A stretch of 64,000 nucleotides of DNA, taken from assembly GCA_965644295.1 (NCBI GenBank), contig CBFFRP010000182.1, forward strand, positions 186,001-250,000. Direction: 5' to 3'. Below the pieces are notes generated by a model. The model did not search any database and was not told where the DNA came from. It was given only the letters and a program-made list of their open reading frames with translations. Numbering within the stretch: the first letter of the stretch is position 1; each line of letters begins with the position of its first letter. Shown here in pieces: positions 13,532 through 24,924 of the stretch. Made by a program: the position numbers and the translations under genes. This DNA is from Paraphysomonas bandaiensis (taxonomy: Eukaryota > Protista > Chrysophyceae).

Positions 13532-14331
13532 AAGCACCAGAGATCCAGTTAGACAATAGATTCAGATACACTATGCTTTAGCTTGTCATTAGCTGTTAAT
13601 ATGAATATGTATGATAGATTCTGTATGTATGAAATCAGTTTTCTTTGTGGTATATATAGTTATATACTCGTTTAATGTGTAGATGTAGTTTAATGTAAGG
13701 CTCTAGCAGCACATACATATATATATATATACATAACAGCAGTCAGTATATGATGAGAAACTGCCACAATGATGACAATAAGAAAATACAGGACATAAAA
13801 TTGTTACTTTATAGGAATAAAAAATGTATATATTGTATAAGAAAACCATAACCATTCATCACAAAATGTACATATTTGATGATTGAAAGGGAAATGAGGG
13901 GTTTAGGCTAGTCTGATTCTTAAATAGTTGGGGTTTTGAGTGCTTGAAGAGGGGATTTTTTTTGTGAGTTGAATTTTTGTGAAGTGTTGTGGTCATGACA
14001 CTCTCTGATTATGCCGTATGTGTCTGTATTTGTATGTACTGTGTACCACTGGTGTATGTACGGCAGTATATGTTGCATACATACCTACATATCCATATTT
14101 CCACATACATATGTATGTATGTACTGTAGGTAGGTACGATGTAGGTGGATAGGTATATGTATACAGTAGTATATGTACGGAGGGAGCTGCTGGTTGTCTG
14201 TGAGGGAGAATTCCATCTAAATCCTCCTGCCTCGACAATCACACCAAGTTAACAATCACATCATCACACTCTCAATACATACACACATACATACATGTTC
14301 ATATCATGACCATCATACATAGACAATAAAC

Positions 14332-16807
14332 ATGAACTTAACCAGTATCTCTCATCCCGATCCCACCCGTCAGACTATTAAACTCAAACACGGTCTCCCA
14401 GACATCCCAGGTCCCTCCCTACCACTCTATCTCCATATATAACCATATATATACAGGTGTACGTCCATTATCACGTAATGAAATTAAAAAAGATATTAAT
14501 GAGATTGAATACTTCAATGAAAGTGATTCAGATTCAACTTCTAGTGTACTCAGTGACGATATATTAGTATCTACATATCCAGTAAAGCCAAGACGTCATC
14601 CTAAAACTAATTCACGTGATAAACATGAACAAAAAACAATATCTAAATCAGTAAATATAGAAACAGATCATGTGATGATGGATGATACAATTGAATTTTT
14701 AAGAATTGTTGAAACTGCACGTCCAGAAGTTTATTACGCGGAGAAAGAGAGGGAGAATCTTGAAATCCGTTATGAAGGCCTGCGTGACCGGTGTCTATCT
14801 TTGGAAGCTAAGTTTAAGAAACGCAAAGCAGAGCAGGAGGCGCTTTTGCGCGTTTTACAGACGCAGTGTCGCACAACTTGTCAGGCGTACGACATTCAGT
14901 GCTACGAGAACCTCCTTCTGCTGGACATACTTAATGCTGTACGGGACAGAAAACGAATTGTGTTCGAGCACTCAAACAAGCCCGATGATCTGACAACTCT
15001 GGAAGTACAGAGTGAGCGAGGCCCGGAATGGCTGTACACCTCACAGGTAAGGTGTTTATATGAAAGCAGCATGAGTGCATAACATTGTTCCCTCTATTCT
15101 TCCTTTATACAATGTATGAGTAGGTACTTGACATTCCTACGGGCCCCGTTAAGGTTACTTCTATCGACAAAGAGAAATCAGAAGTGACTATTCTGCCTAT
15201 TGCCTCCAGTGGAGAGCAAAAGGAGCAGCAGTTTCCTATTGGCACTGTGCTCCAGTGGCTCAGTGTCGCTAAGAGTCACCCTGACTACTACCACACGAGC
15301 AATATTTCCAAGCGGTTTAAGGAATTAGAAAAGCGTACCTTGGGTTTGACCCCTAGTCAACAGCAGCAAATTCGCTCCGCCCTAGAGAAACTTCCATCTG
15401 ACCCCATTGAGTATTCCTTAGAAGTTTCCGAGAATAAGGAGTCTGATGAAGAAGATGAGGATGAGATGCGACCCAGGACAAGGAGCAGTCGCGGAGTGCC
15501 CGTTGGGCGCAAAGAAGTACCGGATGCCTGGGAATATTCCGCTGGACAAGTAAGTCTTCGTCAGCACTTATTAACCAGAAATTTGTCATTGTTTATTCGG
15601 TAATGCGATGCCTGATATTTTCTGTAGCACGTCAAGACCGAATCTAACTCGCAAGGTCACTCTGATAATGAGGATGACAGCGATACACTCGACGAGGATA
15701 CACAAGCGATGGTGTCGTTTCCGTACCTCGATCCGTCCAAGAAGCTCCACATGCTCTTCGTGCCAGCTGGTAGGTGTATATATGTATCTCTACACGATGT
15801 TTGTACTCATTTGCTATGGTTGCTTCAGGTACGCTACCTTATATTGCTGAGAGAGATATGGAGGAAACGAGCGAGACCGAGGTTCAATACTGCTCCCAAG
15901 TCTTTAACTCTTGCTATAGGGTGAGGCGCCCCTCCATAGGCGATATTGAAGAGAGTGATGACACCACAAAGCCAATATCCAGCGCACCTACACCTCGCAC
16001 TGTGCGGGAACAGATCAAGTGTCTAAAGAGGTGTGAATCTAGTACTGTATTGATCTGTACTTATTGTTACTACCCATTCATAGGAGACTTGGCCCTCTGT
16101 TAGAGAGAATTGAGGAAATAAAGGAAGAGAAAAGACTGGCTGCTGCGCAGGTATTGTTTGGTATGTATTGGGAATGTTATTTTATACTTGTACTGCCAGG
16201 TGGAACGCTCTAAAATGGCAACGATTAAAACCTGTCAAAACATTAGCGCCGCGCGATTGGGAATGTTTACTTCCCGGGTGCTTCACAGGTAAACTTCAAT
16301 TTAATCCTTTATGTGTGGCAATAATGCGTTGTCTACGAAGGCAAGCAATGGGAAATTTTAGTCCTGACGAGAATGCAGTCCCAGTCCAGACAACGAGGGG
16401 TAAGAATGGTACGAATGGTGGAAAAAGTGGCAGATTTACCCCTTCTCTAGCAGAGGTACGTAACGAATTTCACTTGCTTCGTAATTAATGTTTGCATGCT
16501 TTTAGAATGGTAACAGCACTTCAGCCCCTAAGCCGAGTCGCCGTACGCAGAGAGCCCCTGTCCAGTTGTCCCTCGATGAAGCGCCAAGCCGTGGTACTCG
16601 AAGGTATTGATATACTTTCGTACAAGTTATACTGTTTGCTTAACTAGTATGCTTAGGAGGAAGGCAGAGAGCATTGAGACTGTGCAAGGAAATGACTCGT
16701 CCACCGAAGTAGCCGCCGGTGACAGTCAGTCGTCTCAAAACGACACAAACTCATCTGCTACAGTCGTTAGCTCCACTCAGAGAAAACCGAAGCGAGCACG
16801 CCGGTGA
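14332..16807 (+). CDS. Multi-exon hypothetical protein (coiled coil, acidic tracts, basic C-terminal NLS-like RKPKRARR)
   Basis: Chain of + strand ORFs linked by GT-AG introns; no family recognised and exact exon structure is uncertain. Confidence 0.6.
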
Positions 16808-17724
16808 ATGTGCGTTTCCCATTCGCGTCACATACGTCTCAGTCGTGGTGATTATTGTCATATGTATTTTCAACTTTCTATGTGCCTAAGCTGTTGCGAT
16901 TGATAGCGATAGATCTCGTTTGTAATATGCGTGGTGCTTGAGGTGACGATAATAATCAGACGTTTTATTGATGTTCGTGGGAATAGGGCATAGCTTATAT
17001 TGACAAGTTGTCCCCGCGTACTAGTACTCACACCGCCCTCACAATATATTTTACCATGTTATATTGTACGATAGATATAAGTACCATTTACTTGTTTTCT
17101 GTCGGTAGCTGTTGTGATGTGATGCTTAGAATACGGAACAAAACTAGACTGTGAGGGGTGTCGTCAAGATTACTATTCTTACGATGATTCCTCGCTGTGC
17201 ACCTAGCCGTTTGGAAATTTATGGGGGCATACGGAAAGAGAATGTCATAGATATGCACACAGTGTAATAAACTGTTATCGTGTATCGGTTACTTTTATGT
17301 TTAATTTTAGGTTTATTGGTTCCAGTCGTTCAAAAACGTGTGAAATGTTTAGCAAAATATGATTCTTGGTCGACTACTTTCGTATCCCTAATCTATATGT
17401 TGTACTTACAATAAAGTATAGCTACTGTTAAAATGGGACAGCCACGGAAATCATATACTTCCAAGAAAAGATAGATCACAAAACATTATGTATTATGTAA
17501 CATACGTTCTCATTAAATAAGTTTATCCTATGTTCACCAGTCTATCCAATAGCCATAAATATTTTATATAGACATACATCAGCAGCTGAAATTACTTCCT
17601 TTGTAATTATATTCACCCTTTACTATTACTGTTGGTTTTGCCCAGCCATTTCACCTTTTCACTCAACAGCTAAAACAATACAGATACAAATATTTACAAA
17701 GCTATGCATTATAAAAATATCTGA

Positions 17725-18798
17725 TTAGTAGTTAATACGAGAAGAAGGTAAGTCATACAAAGGAACACCAAAATAACTACCTAATGTGGGTGGAGGACAA
17801 TCATAAGAGTTGGAGCCCCAACCATACAGTATTGTAGAAGCATTTGCTAACAATGCAGCAAGAACGTAAACCTTACCTATTTCAAACATTTGTATTTTCT
17901 GAATGCGATGATTTCTAACGTAATTAAACTCAGTGCCAACCTTGTTGAAGCACCATTCAGAGGTTACTCTGTGAGGTGAAATTGCAATGTTCTCATAAAC
18001 CATTTCCTGAGGCAAATCTCGACCTCTGTACGCGATATTGATGTGAGTCTTTGCAACGCATCCCTTGTCAGCATATGCCTTGTACTGAACTGCATTTCCC
18101 ACTTGACAAGCGGCCAACCGTTCATTGAGTAGGCTAGTACAATATACCAGCTGATCATGACGTGGGCCTGCAAGTGGTCCATAAAAATCTACTACCATAC
18201 CATCTGGTGCACTACACCCTTGAAATTGTAAACAGTGCACACTATGGTGTCCATTGTACACCTGTGCTTGAGCACCACCAGGCCTACAAACTTCAAGTGA
18301 GGTACCATCGACAAACAATGCTGTGTCCACTGCAGCTGCACAAAGAGGATAACCATCCCTAAGCATTCTTTCTCTAATTTTTGCATTATACATTCTAAAT
18401 CGAGGTTCAAAATAGGCAATATTGTCGAATATAAGATAATGATTTCGAGCAACAACTTCTGTGACCATTGCATTGAAGATACAGTTAATTTCATCAGAGC
18501 TTCTTCCAAAATCGACTTCTATATCAGTCAAAGGAGTAAATCTAGCCATTCTATACAACATAATCAGAAACGCTTCTTCTGTATGACATCTTAAAGTATT
18601 AGAGATTACAATCATTTCATTTCTTTCAATTTTAAAACAATCCATTAATGGATAAACATGATTCTTTAAAAACTTAAATTTGAATTGGAAATCATATTCA
18701 TTCCATCTATGTATGTATGGGTGATGTGTTGCTGTGTATGATTCATATGTATAATTCCGATATTTTTGAAAGTAATAAACTGAAAAAATTAACATCAT
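17725..18798 (-). mobile_element. PIF/Harbinger-ISL2EU-type DDE transposase (DDE_Tnp_4/HARBI1-like) ORF
   Basis: FVDGT (D1), YNGHHSVHCLQFQ, PDGM..FYGP..GPRHD, YADKG (D2) and RVTSEWCF (E); intronless; no TIRs found. Confidence 0.88.
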
Positions 18799-19586
18799 AA
18801 AATGTGAATGCCTGTGATTTCCTCGCTGACGGATTGAAAGTAATAAAAATGCGATGGATAGTATTAAATATCGTTTTTCTTAATCTCTCATGTGTGTGTT
18901 GTATAGGGAGATTATTGTTTGGTGGTTGTATGGGGTTCATTGCTATGTGTATGTATGTATGTATGTATGTATGTATGAAGCTGTGTATGTAAGTATGTAT
19001 GTATATGAAGCTGTGTGTATGTATATGAAGCTGTGTGTGTGTATGTATGTATGTATGTACGAAGTGATTTTATTAAAGTCAAATGGGTCAATTTTCATAC
19101 TTCACAATACGTGAATTAGTTCAGTGAGGTTACTTATATATAGCAGCTACAGGAGAGTTGAGTGACCTGTGAAGACACTTCTATGCATGAATGCATATCT
19201 ACTGAAGATATAGTGGTGTGGAGGAGTAGATACACTATCTTCGATATACTAGAGTTTTTTGTTGGATTCGGTGTTTTGATGAACAAAATATTATACAAAT
19301 CACGAAAAAGGGTGATTTTTTTTACCTGATCGACATATTGAACCCCACAAGGTACGTATATACAGTATATGTAGTATGGAGAAAATGATGTACTGCTGCT
19401 GTACATGTATTGCATGTATGTACTGCTGTACATAGCAGTGTGTAGTGCTGTACTCTTTATAGTGGTACAGTACACTATACAGCAGTATACATGTCCTGTA
19501 ACTGTTACATATGCACAGTGCATGCAACATATATATACATCTGGAACACATCATATATTCACATATCTATCACTTACAGTACCCAC

Positions 19587-20510
19587 ATGTCCACAGAAGT
19601 GCCTCCAAACGATGAAGAAGATACAGACTTGCATAAAGACATTACAGATGATGAGAATAACGTGAAACATGACTCAAATGAGGCAACAGATGCATCTAGT
19701 ACATTACCAACACAGCCTGTAAAGAGAAATCAAGTTACTCCCAATATAACGAGCCTTGAGGAACTATGCGGATCTACACCTGTCTCACATGGACCTTGCA
19801 GACAGAATCCTGCTCCCCCTGCTACTATGCTAGATGGTGAGTATGAGGGGTCTGTAGATGAGGAGGGTAACAGAAAGGGACAAGGAAAACTAGTGTTAAG
19901 AAATGGGGACATACTTACTTGTATGTGGTTGAATAATCTACCCCATGGAAGTGGATGTATGACGTTTGTTGATGGTAGTACTTTTCGTGGCAATTGGAAA
20001 GAAGGAATTTTAACTGGTTACGGTGAATATCGCAGCAGTACTGTAACTGCGAAAGGATATTTTCTCAATAATTTCGGAAAGGGTACAGTGCGCAAAGAGG
20101 ATGAATCGGTATACCGAGGAGAATTTGATTGGCGAGGTAAGTATCATGGAACAGGGATATTGCACTATCGTACAGGTCCCATGAATCTATGGGCAAGCAA
20201 AGAGGGTACATGGATGTCTGGTCGCCCACATGGAATCATCACCTGGGTAACTCCTGTTGGAAATGTTGTTAAATCACTTTATATTAAAGGTCATGTTACA
20301 AACCGCGCAAAGGGTAAATATCGAGGACAGGTCCTGGCTATTCCAGGTTCTTATGACGCCAATCTCTTCCGGAAATCGTACTATGGTATTTATCAAATTC
20401 TTAATAGACAAGGGAGCTGTTGCAGCTGTATGGGGTGTATAATATGTACATTAGTGTGCCGATCGGTGTGTTGTGGCTGTCAAACGAATAAATCTACGTT
20501 TCCTGCATGA
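19587..20510 (+). CDS. MORN-repeat protein with Cys-rich C-terminus
   Basis: MORN units YEGSVDEEGNRKGQG, FRGNWKEGILTGYG and YRGEFDWRGKYHGTG; tail GSCCSCMGCIICTLVCRSVCCGC. Confidence 0.85.
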   Translation: MSTEVPPNDEEDTDLHKDITDDENNVKHDSNEATDASSTLPTQPVKRNQVTPNITSLEELCGSTPVSHGPCRQNPAPPATMLDGEYEGSVDEEGNRKGQGKLVLRNGDILTCMWLNNLPHGSGCMTFVDGSTFRGNWKEGILTGYGEYRSSTVTAKGYFLNNFGKGTVRKEDESVYRGEFDWRGKYHGTGILHYRTGPMNLWASKEGTWMSGRPHGIITWVTPVGNVVKSLYIKGHVTNRAKGKYRGQVLAIPGSYDANLFRKSYYGIYQILNRQGSCCSCMGCIICTLVCRSVCCGCQTNKSTFPA

Positions 20511-21148
20511 CACACGACACACACAGTAACTTACGTTAGATTACTAGTATCGCTATTTATTGTGTACATTTCATTTTTCTGTATTGTAATATATCAGTTA
20601 TCAGTTCATTTATCGACATTGTGTTCAGATCATAGCCCTAGATATTCAGCTTAACGTATATGTTCTGGAGGTTTGCAAACGAATATATTCTGATTTCTGC
20701 CCACTTTACGTATTCTCTCACGACAAGCACAATTTATCGCAACCACTGATATGGATATTTCCGCAGTATAAATTATTACGATATTTCACAGCTTCAGGAA
20801 AATTATTGAAGAATCCTTTTTTCTAGTCATGCCTGTACTGGTACATTACTACTGCATTCTTGAGTACATAGCACAAGTTTTAATTATTAATCGGTTATTC
20901 AATAATCATATGTTACTAAAGGTGCTGGTATCATGCATTACATAATACATTATTATATCTTATATCTATCCTTCTCACATGTATGGCTTATACCGTCATA
21001 CCCTTCAACATGCCGAAATAGTTAATTAACCAATTGAATTCGAACTAGCTAAAGCTTAGAAAACGGCATACCACATGATAACCTTACACACGAAGAAATA
21101 CCATAAATACCAATGGATTTCTAACGTTGATGTCGCTGTAAATATTTC

Positions 21149-24100
21149 TTATCGCATCTTCCTACCCAATTTCTTTAGACCCTTTCTTGTTTTTTTAGCA
21201 CCTTTAGCACCTTGTCTTGCTGCTTTTCTTAAGTTTCGACGAGCTATTCGTTCAGCTTTCCTCTGCATTCTCTGTTGTCTGCGCCGTCTTGCTTCCTCGG
21301 AGTCATCATCATCATCAGATTCGCTGGATGAATCAGAAGACGATGAGTCAGATGATGAAGATGATGATTCAGAGGACGATGACGAGTCTGAGCCATCTGC
21401 TGCTTGTGCCTCCGCTTCCGCTATACGCGCTGCGGCCTCTTCTTCCTGTCGTCTCATTTCAATTCGTGCTTGCTCGCGCTCTGCAGCTAACTTCGCCTCC
21501 ATCTCCACTCGCGCTGCCTCAGCAGCTTCTTCAGCTTCTTTGGCCGCTTCCAAACGCTGCCTCAGCTCCTCAGCTTCAGCCTCCAAACGAGCCTGCTTTT
21601 CAGCTGCTTCAGCCTCTTCCTTCATTCGTTCTTCGACTGCTCTGGCTGCCTCAATTGCTCGTTCCTCTGCTTCCTGTCTAGCTCGCTCCTCATCAGCAGC
21701 CCTAGCAGCCTCAATAGCATCTGTTTCGTCTTGTTGACGTGCCATCTCCACTTCCTCTCTCAATATCTCTGCAGCGGCTGCAGCTTCCGCAATATCTTGC
21801 TCCCGTACCGCCTCAATCTCATCCATAGAGAGCTCTACTCCATCTGTAGGATCCGGGCGCTTGACATAAGACACAACCGCATGTTTATAATCCCCCGACA
21901 AATTATCGGACAAAATCGTCAGTAAATCAACGTCGTATTTTTCGAAATAGCGAGCTGCAATGTTCTTCACAACCTTTTTATCGTTACCGCCAATGATTCG
22001 GTTAACAGTTTTCTTGTCTACTCCAAGGGTACCATTGAGCGCATCTTTCAGGCGACGGCAGTAGGTATCTGTAGGGTTACAGAGGAGAGCTGACAGCGCG
22101 ACTTCAAGGTTTCCACTAAACTCAGACTGCACCGCTTGCGCGAGAGAGCACCCATACATTGCATCGTATGTCACCATCACCTGCTGAATCTGCTCGAGTG
22201 TATGGCCAGTAAATATTTCCACTATAGTGTCTTCGTCCGTACCCAGTTTTCCCGCTCCACTGTCATATATACGACTCGCTAAAAAACATCAGCACTATTA
22301 TTAAAATGGTAATTCAACATCGCAGTAGGATATTGCCATACCTACAGCTTCTGAGTCGAATTCTTCTTCTGATACTCCACCCCTGGGGCCAAGCAATAAG
22401 CGAACGCATAGGCGTTGAAGTGGGCCAGCCATTTCGCTGCGCACCCTGTCCAGCAAGTTTTTGTCGGTACGGTTCTCGAAGTACTCCCTATATTTCGCAA
22501 TTTAATTGCAGCATTAGACAATATGCAACACGTATCCACACAATAAAGTATTAAGTGAATAGTTCCATACAAATCAAAGGTGAACGCGCGCATTCACAAT
22601 GCTACCTGGCTGCCTTGATTCGATGAAAGGGTCTAGTACACAAAACCTCTACTACCACACCTTTATTGCATCCAATACCGGAAAAAGAGTCCATTAGGAT
22701 ATATGAGTCAAATTCTGCCTCAGACATCTGGGTGAAGGCTAGAAACTGTGCAAGATTTCCGCCCATCTCCTTCTCACAATACTCTTTCAGTGTAGGGCCA
22801 TATCGTGACCTATACACCTGGGGTAACAGCATAAAACACAACTACAGTAATACAAATAAGACACACTTCGTCAATGGCATTCAGCTGCGCTTTCGTGCGT
22901 GAGCATAGAACTTGAACTACCATGCGTTCGTCTGATTCCATGGATGAAATAGAAAATGGCATTCGAAATATACCACAGCTTACCAGTGCCCAGTCCTTCC
23001 TTCGCCATGTACAGAAGGTCCGAATCAAGTGAGGCAATTGCACGCTTCACATATATAGTATTAGAATGCATCAGTACGCGAGTGATTGTCCCACACCTTG
23101 ACATTACACACAGCCTGAACTATCAAGTCCTCGTCCTCTGTACCCTCTAACCCACCAGTCGGGTCAGACTCAGTAATCCAGGCAATAAGCGCCTGTTGGA
23201 AGTGCATCCCAGTATTTGCTTTGATGTCCCCAACGAGGTCCGTGTTATACTTTTCTTGATAACGAGATGAGATTTGATTCACCTCTGGCTTGTCTTTTCC
23301 TCCCAAAATGCGTGAAAGAGCGTCGCCATCGCATGTCATACCGAAGGCCTATGAATTTTCAATCGTCACCACGAATATTAATAATTAATTAACTAACATT
23401 TTTAATTTTGACACATGCTGCATCAGTTGGATCTGTAATAAGCAGAAGACAAGCATTTCCAAGGTTTTCCGGCATTTTCTCTTTCAGCACTGCCTCTAGA
23501 GATTTGTCCATATAACCTGCAGCATCCCAAGCGGCTGCGATTTCGACAACTAATTAAAGAAGTCTTATGGCATATGAAATATCACCTTTAACAAGTTGAC
23601 ACTGTGCAGGGGATTGTTTGCGAAGTATGTCTGATATCTTTCCTTGTTGTCCCTCCTTGATACCACCAAGCATACTTGCCCCTTTCACGAATTTGGCGTG
23701 AAGTTTTTCAGCAGTGGCGGCTGCGGCTGCTTCATCAACAGGGCCATCACCTCGACCATTAATAAGCAATGACAGTATGAGATCTTCGTGCACTCCACCC
23801 AACCAAGCACGTAGTTGATCAGGTAGATTACTATCAGTGAGCTGCTCATATACAGTCCGCATCTCACACAGATCCTTATAAGAATGCATACAAAATATCT
23901 CATTGATAAGACTTTTATCACAAGTAAGACCACTCATTGCAGTTTTTAATCTATCTGCAAGAAATCTTCCACGTGGCATTGTTAAATATTGAAGAAAATT
24001 CCCGAAATTTCCACCACATTCACTTGATAATGTTGTCTTAAGTGCATATCCTGAACGAGTTTGATATTCAGTATCAATTGCTTTAATTTGTAATTTAGTA

Positions 24101-24289
24101 CGTGAGCATATGATTTTAATTAATAGATCATCATTACATCCAACACCTGCACAAGCATACTGTATATAAGAATTAATAGATGAGTTCATATATATGTGAA
24201 TATATAGAAGAAAAAGGACTTACTTCGATTATTTTGGCATCTCTACGAGCCACATAATTCAATAAATTCATTAGTTCTAATGAAGACAT
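21149..24289 (-). CDS. Annexin with 8 repeats plus charged helical, acidic and basic C-terminal extension (multi-exon)
   Basis: Annexin repeat starts GVGCND, GLTCDK, GMTCDG, GLGTDE, GIGCNK, KLGTDE and TLGVDK, with closing E.xG.[FLY] motifs; exons join through GT-AG introns. Confidence 0.9.
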
Positions 24290-24924
24290 GATAGAATTGT
24301 TGTTTGGTTATGTATATATAGCAAGAGTGTTAAGATGTTAAGTTATGTGGATTGTGTTAAGATTGCTATGAAGAATGCTGTAAGATATGCATGTATATAC
24401 ATACATACGTAAACATGAATAAGAAGATAAGAAGTCAATCAATCAATTGGTCAAATGTACGTATAAATTTCTATAGAGAAGAGGGAAGAGAAGATTCACT
24501 TCATATCCTTACTTTCACTTTACTTTACTTTTCAGTTTATTACTTTGATAGTAGTGTAGCCCGTTTGTTTTGGATGGAGAGAAGATACGGAAGTAGTCGT
24601 AGGAATTCCTATAATTGGATAACAAGATGACAATTGTGATGTAGCCGGTATGTAGCCGTATATTAGTCTAGTAGCAGTCTATATATGCATCAACTGTCAA
24701 AGTAGTATGATATATGGAACATAACACGCTATGCTTCTATCCTCATATATATCCCATATACACACTTAACTAAACCAAACAAGAGTATCTACATACATTT
24801 TCATGTTAAACTTATCACCCCTACTATACTCCATCACCTCTGACAGTCTCTAAAGGGCTCATTACCTCATCCTTGACCTCCAATACACACACTAGCACAT
24901 ACATACTAATATAACAACACATAC

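Noticed and set aside
21075-21737. 220-aa plus-strand ORF rich in S/A/D
   Set aside because: Antisense shadow of the low-complexity annexin tail.
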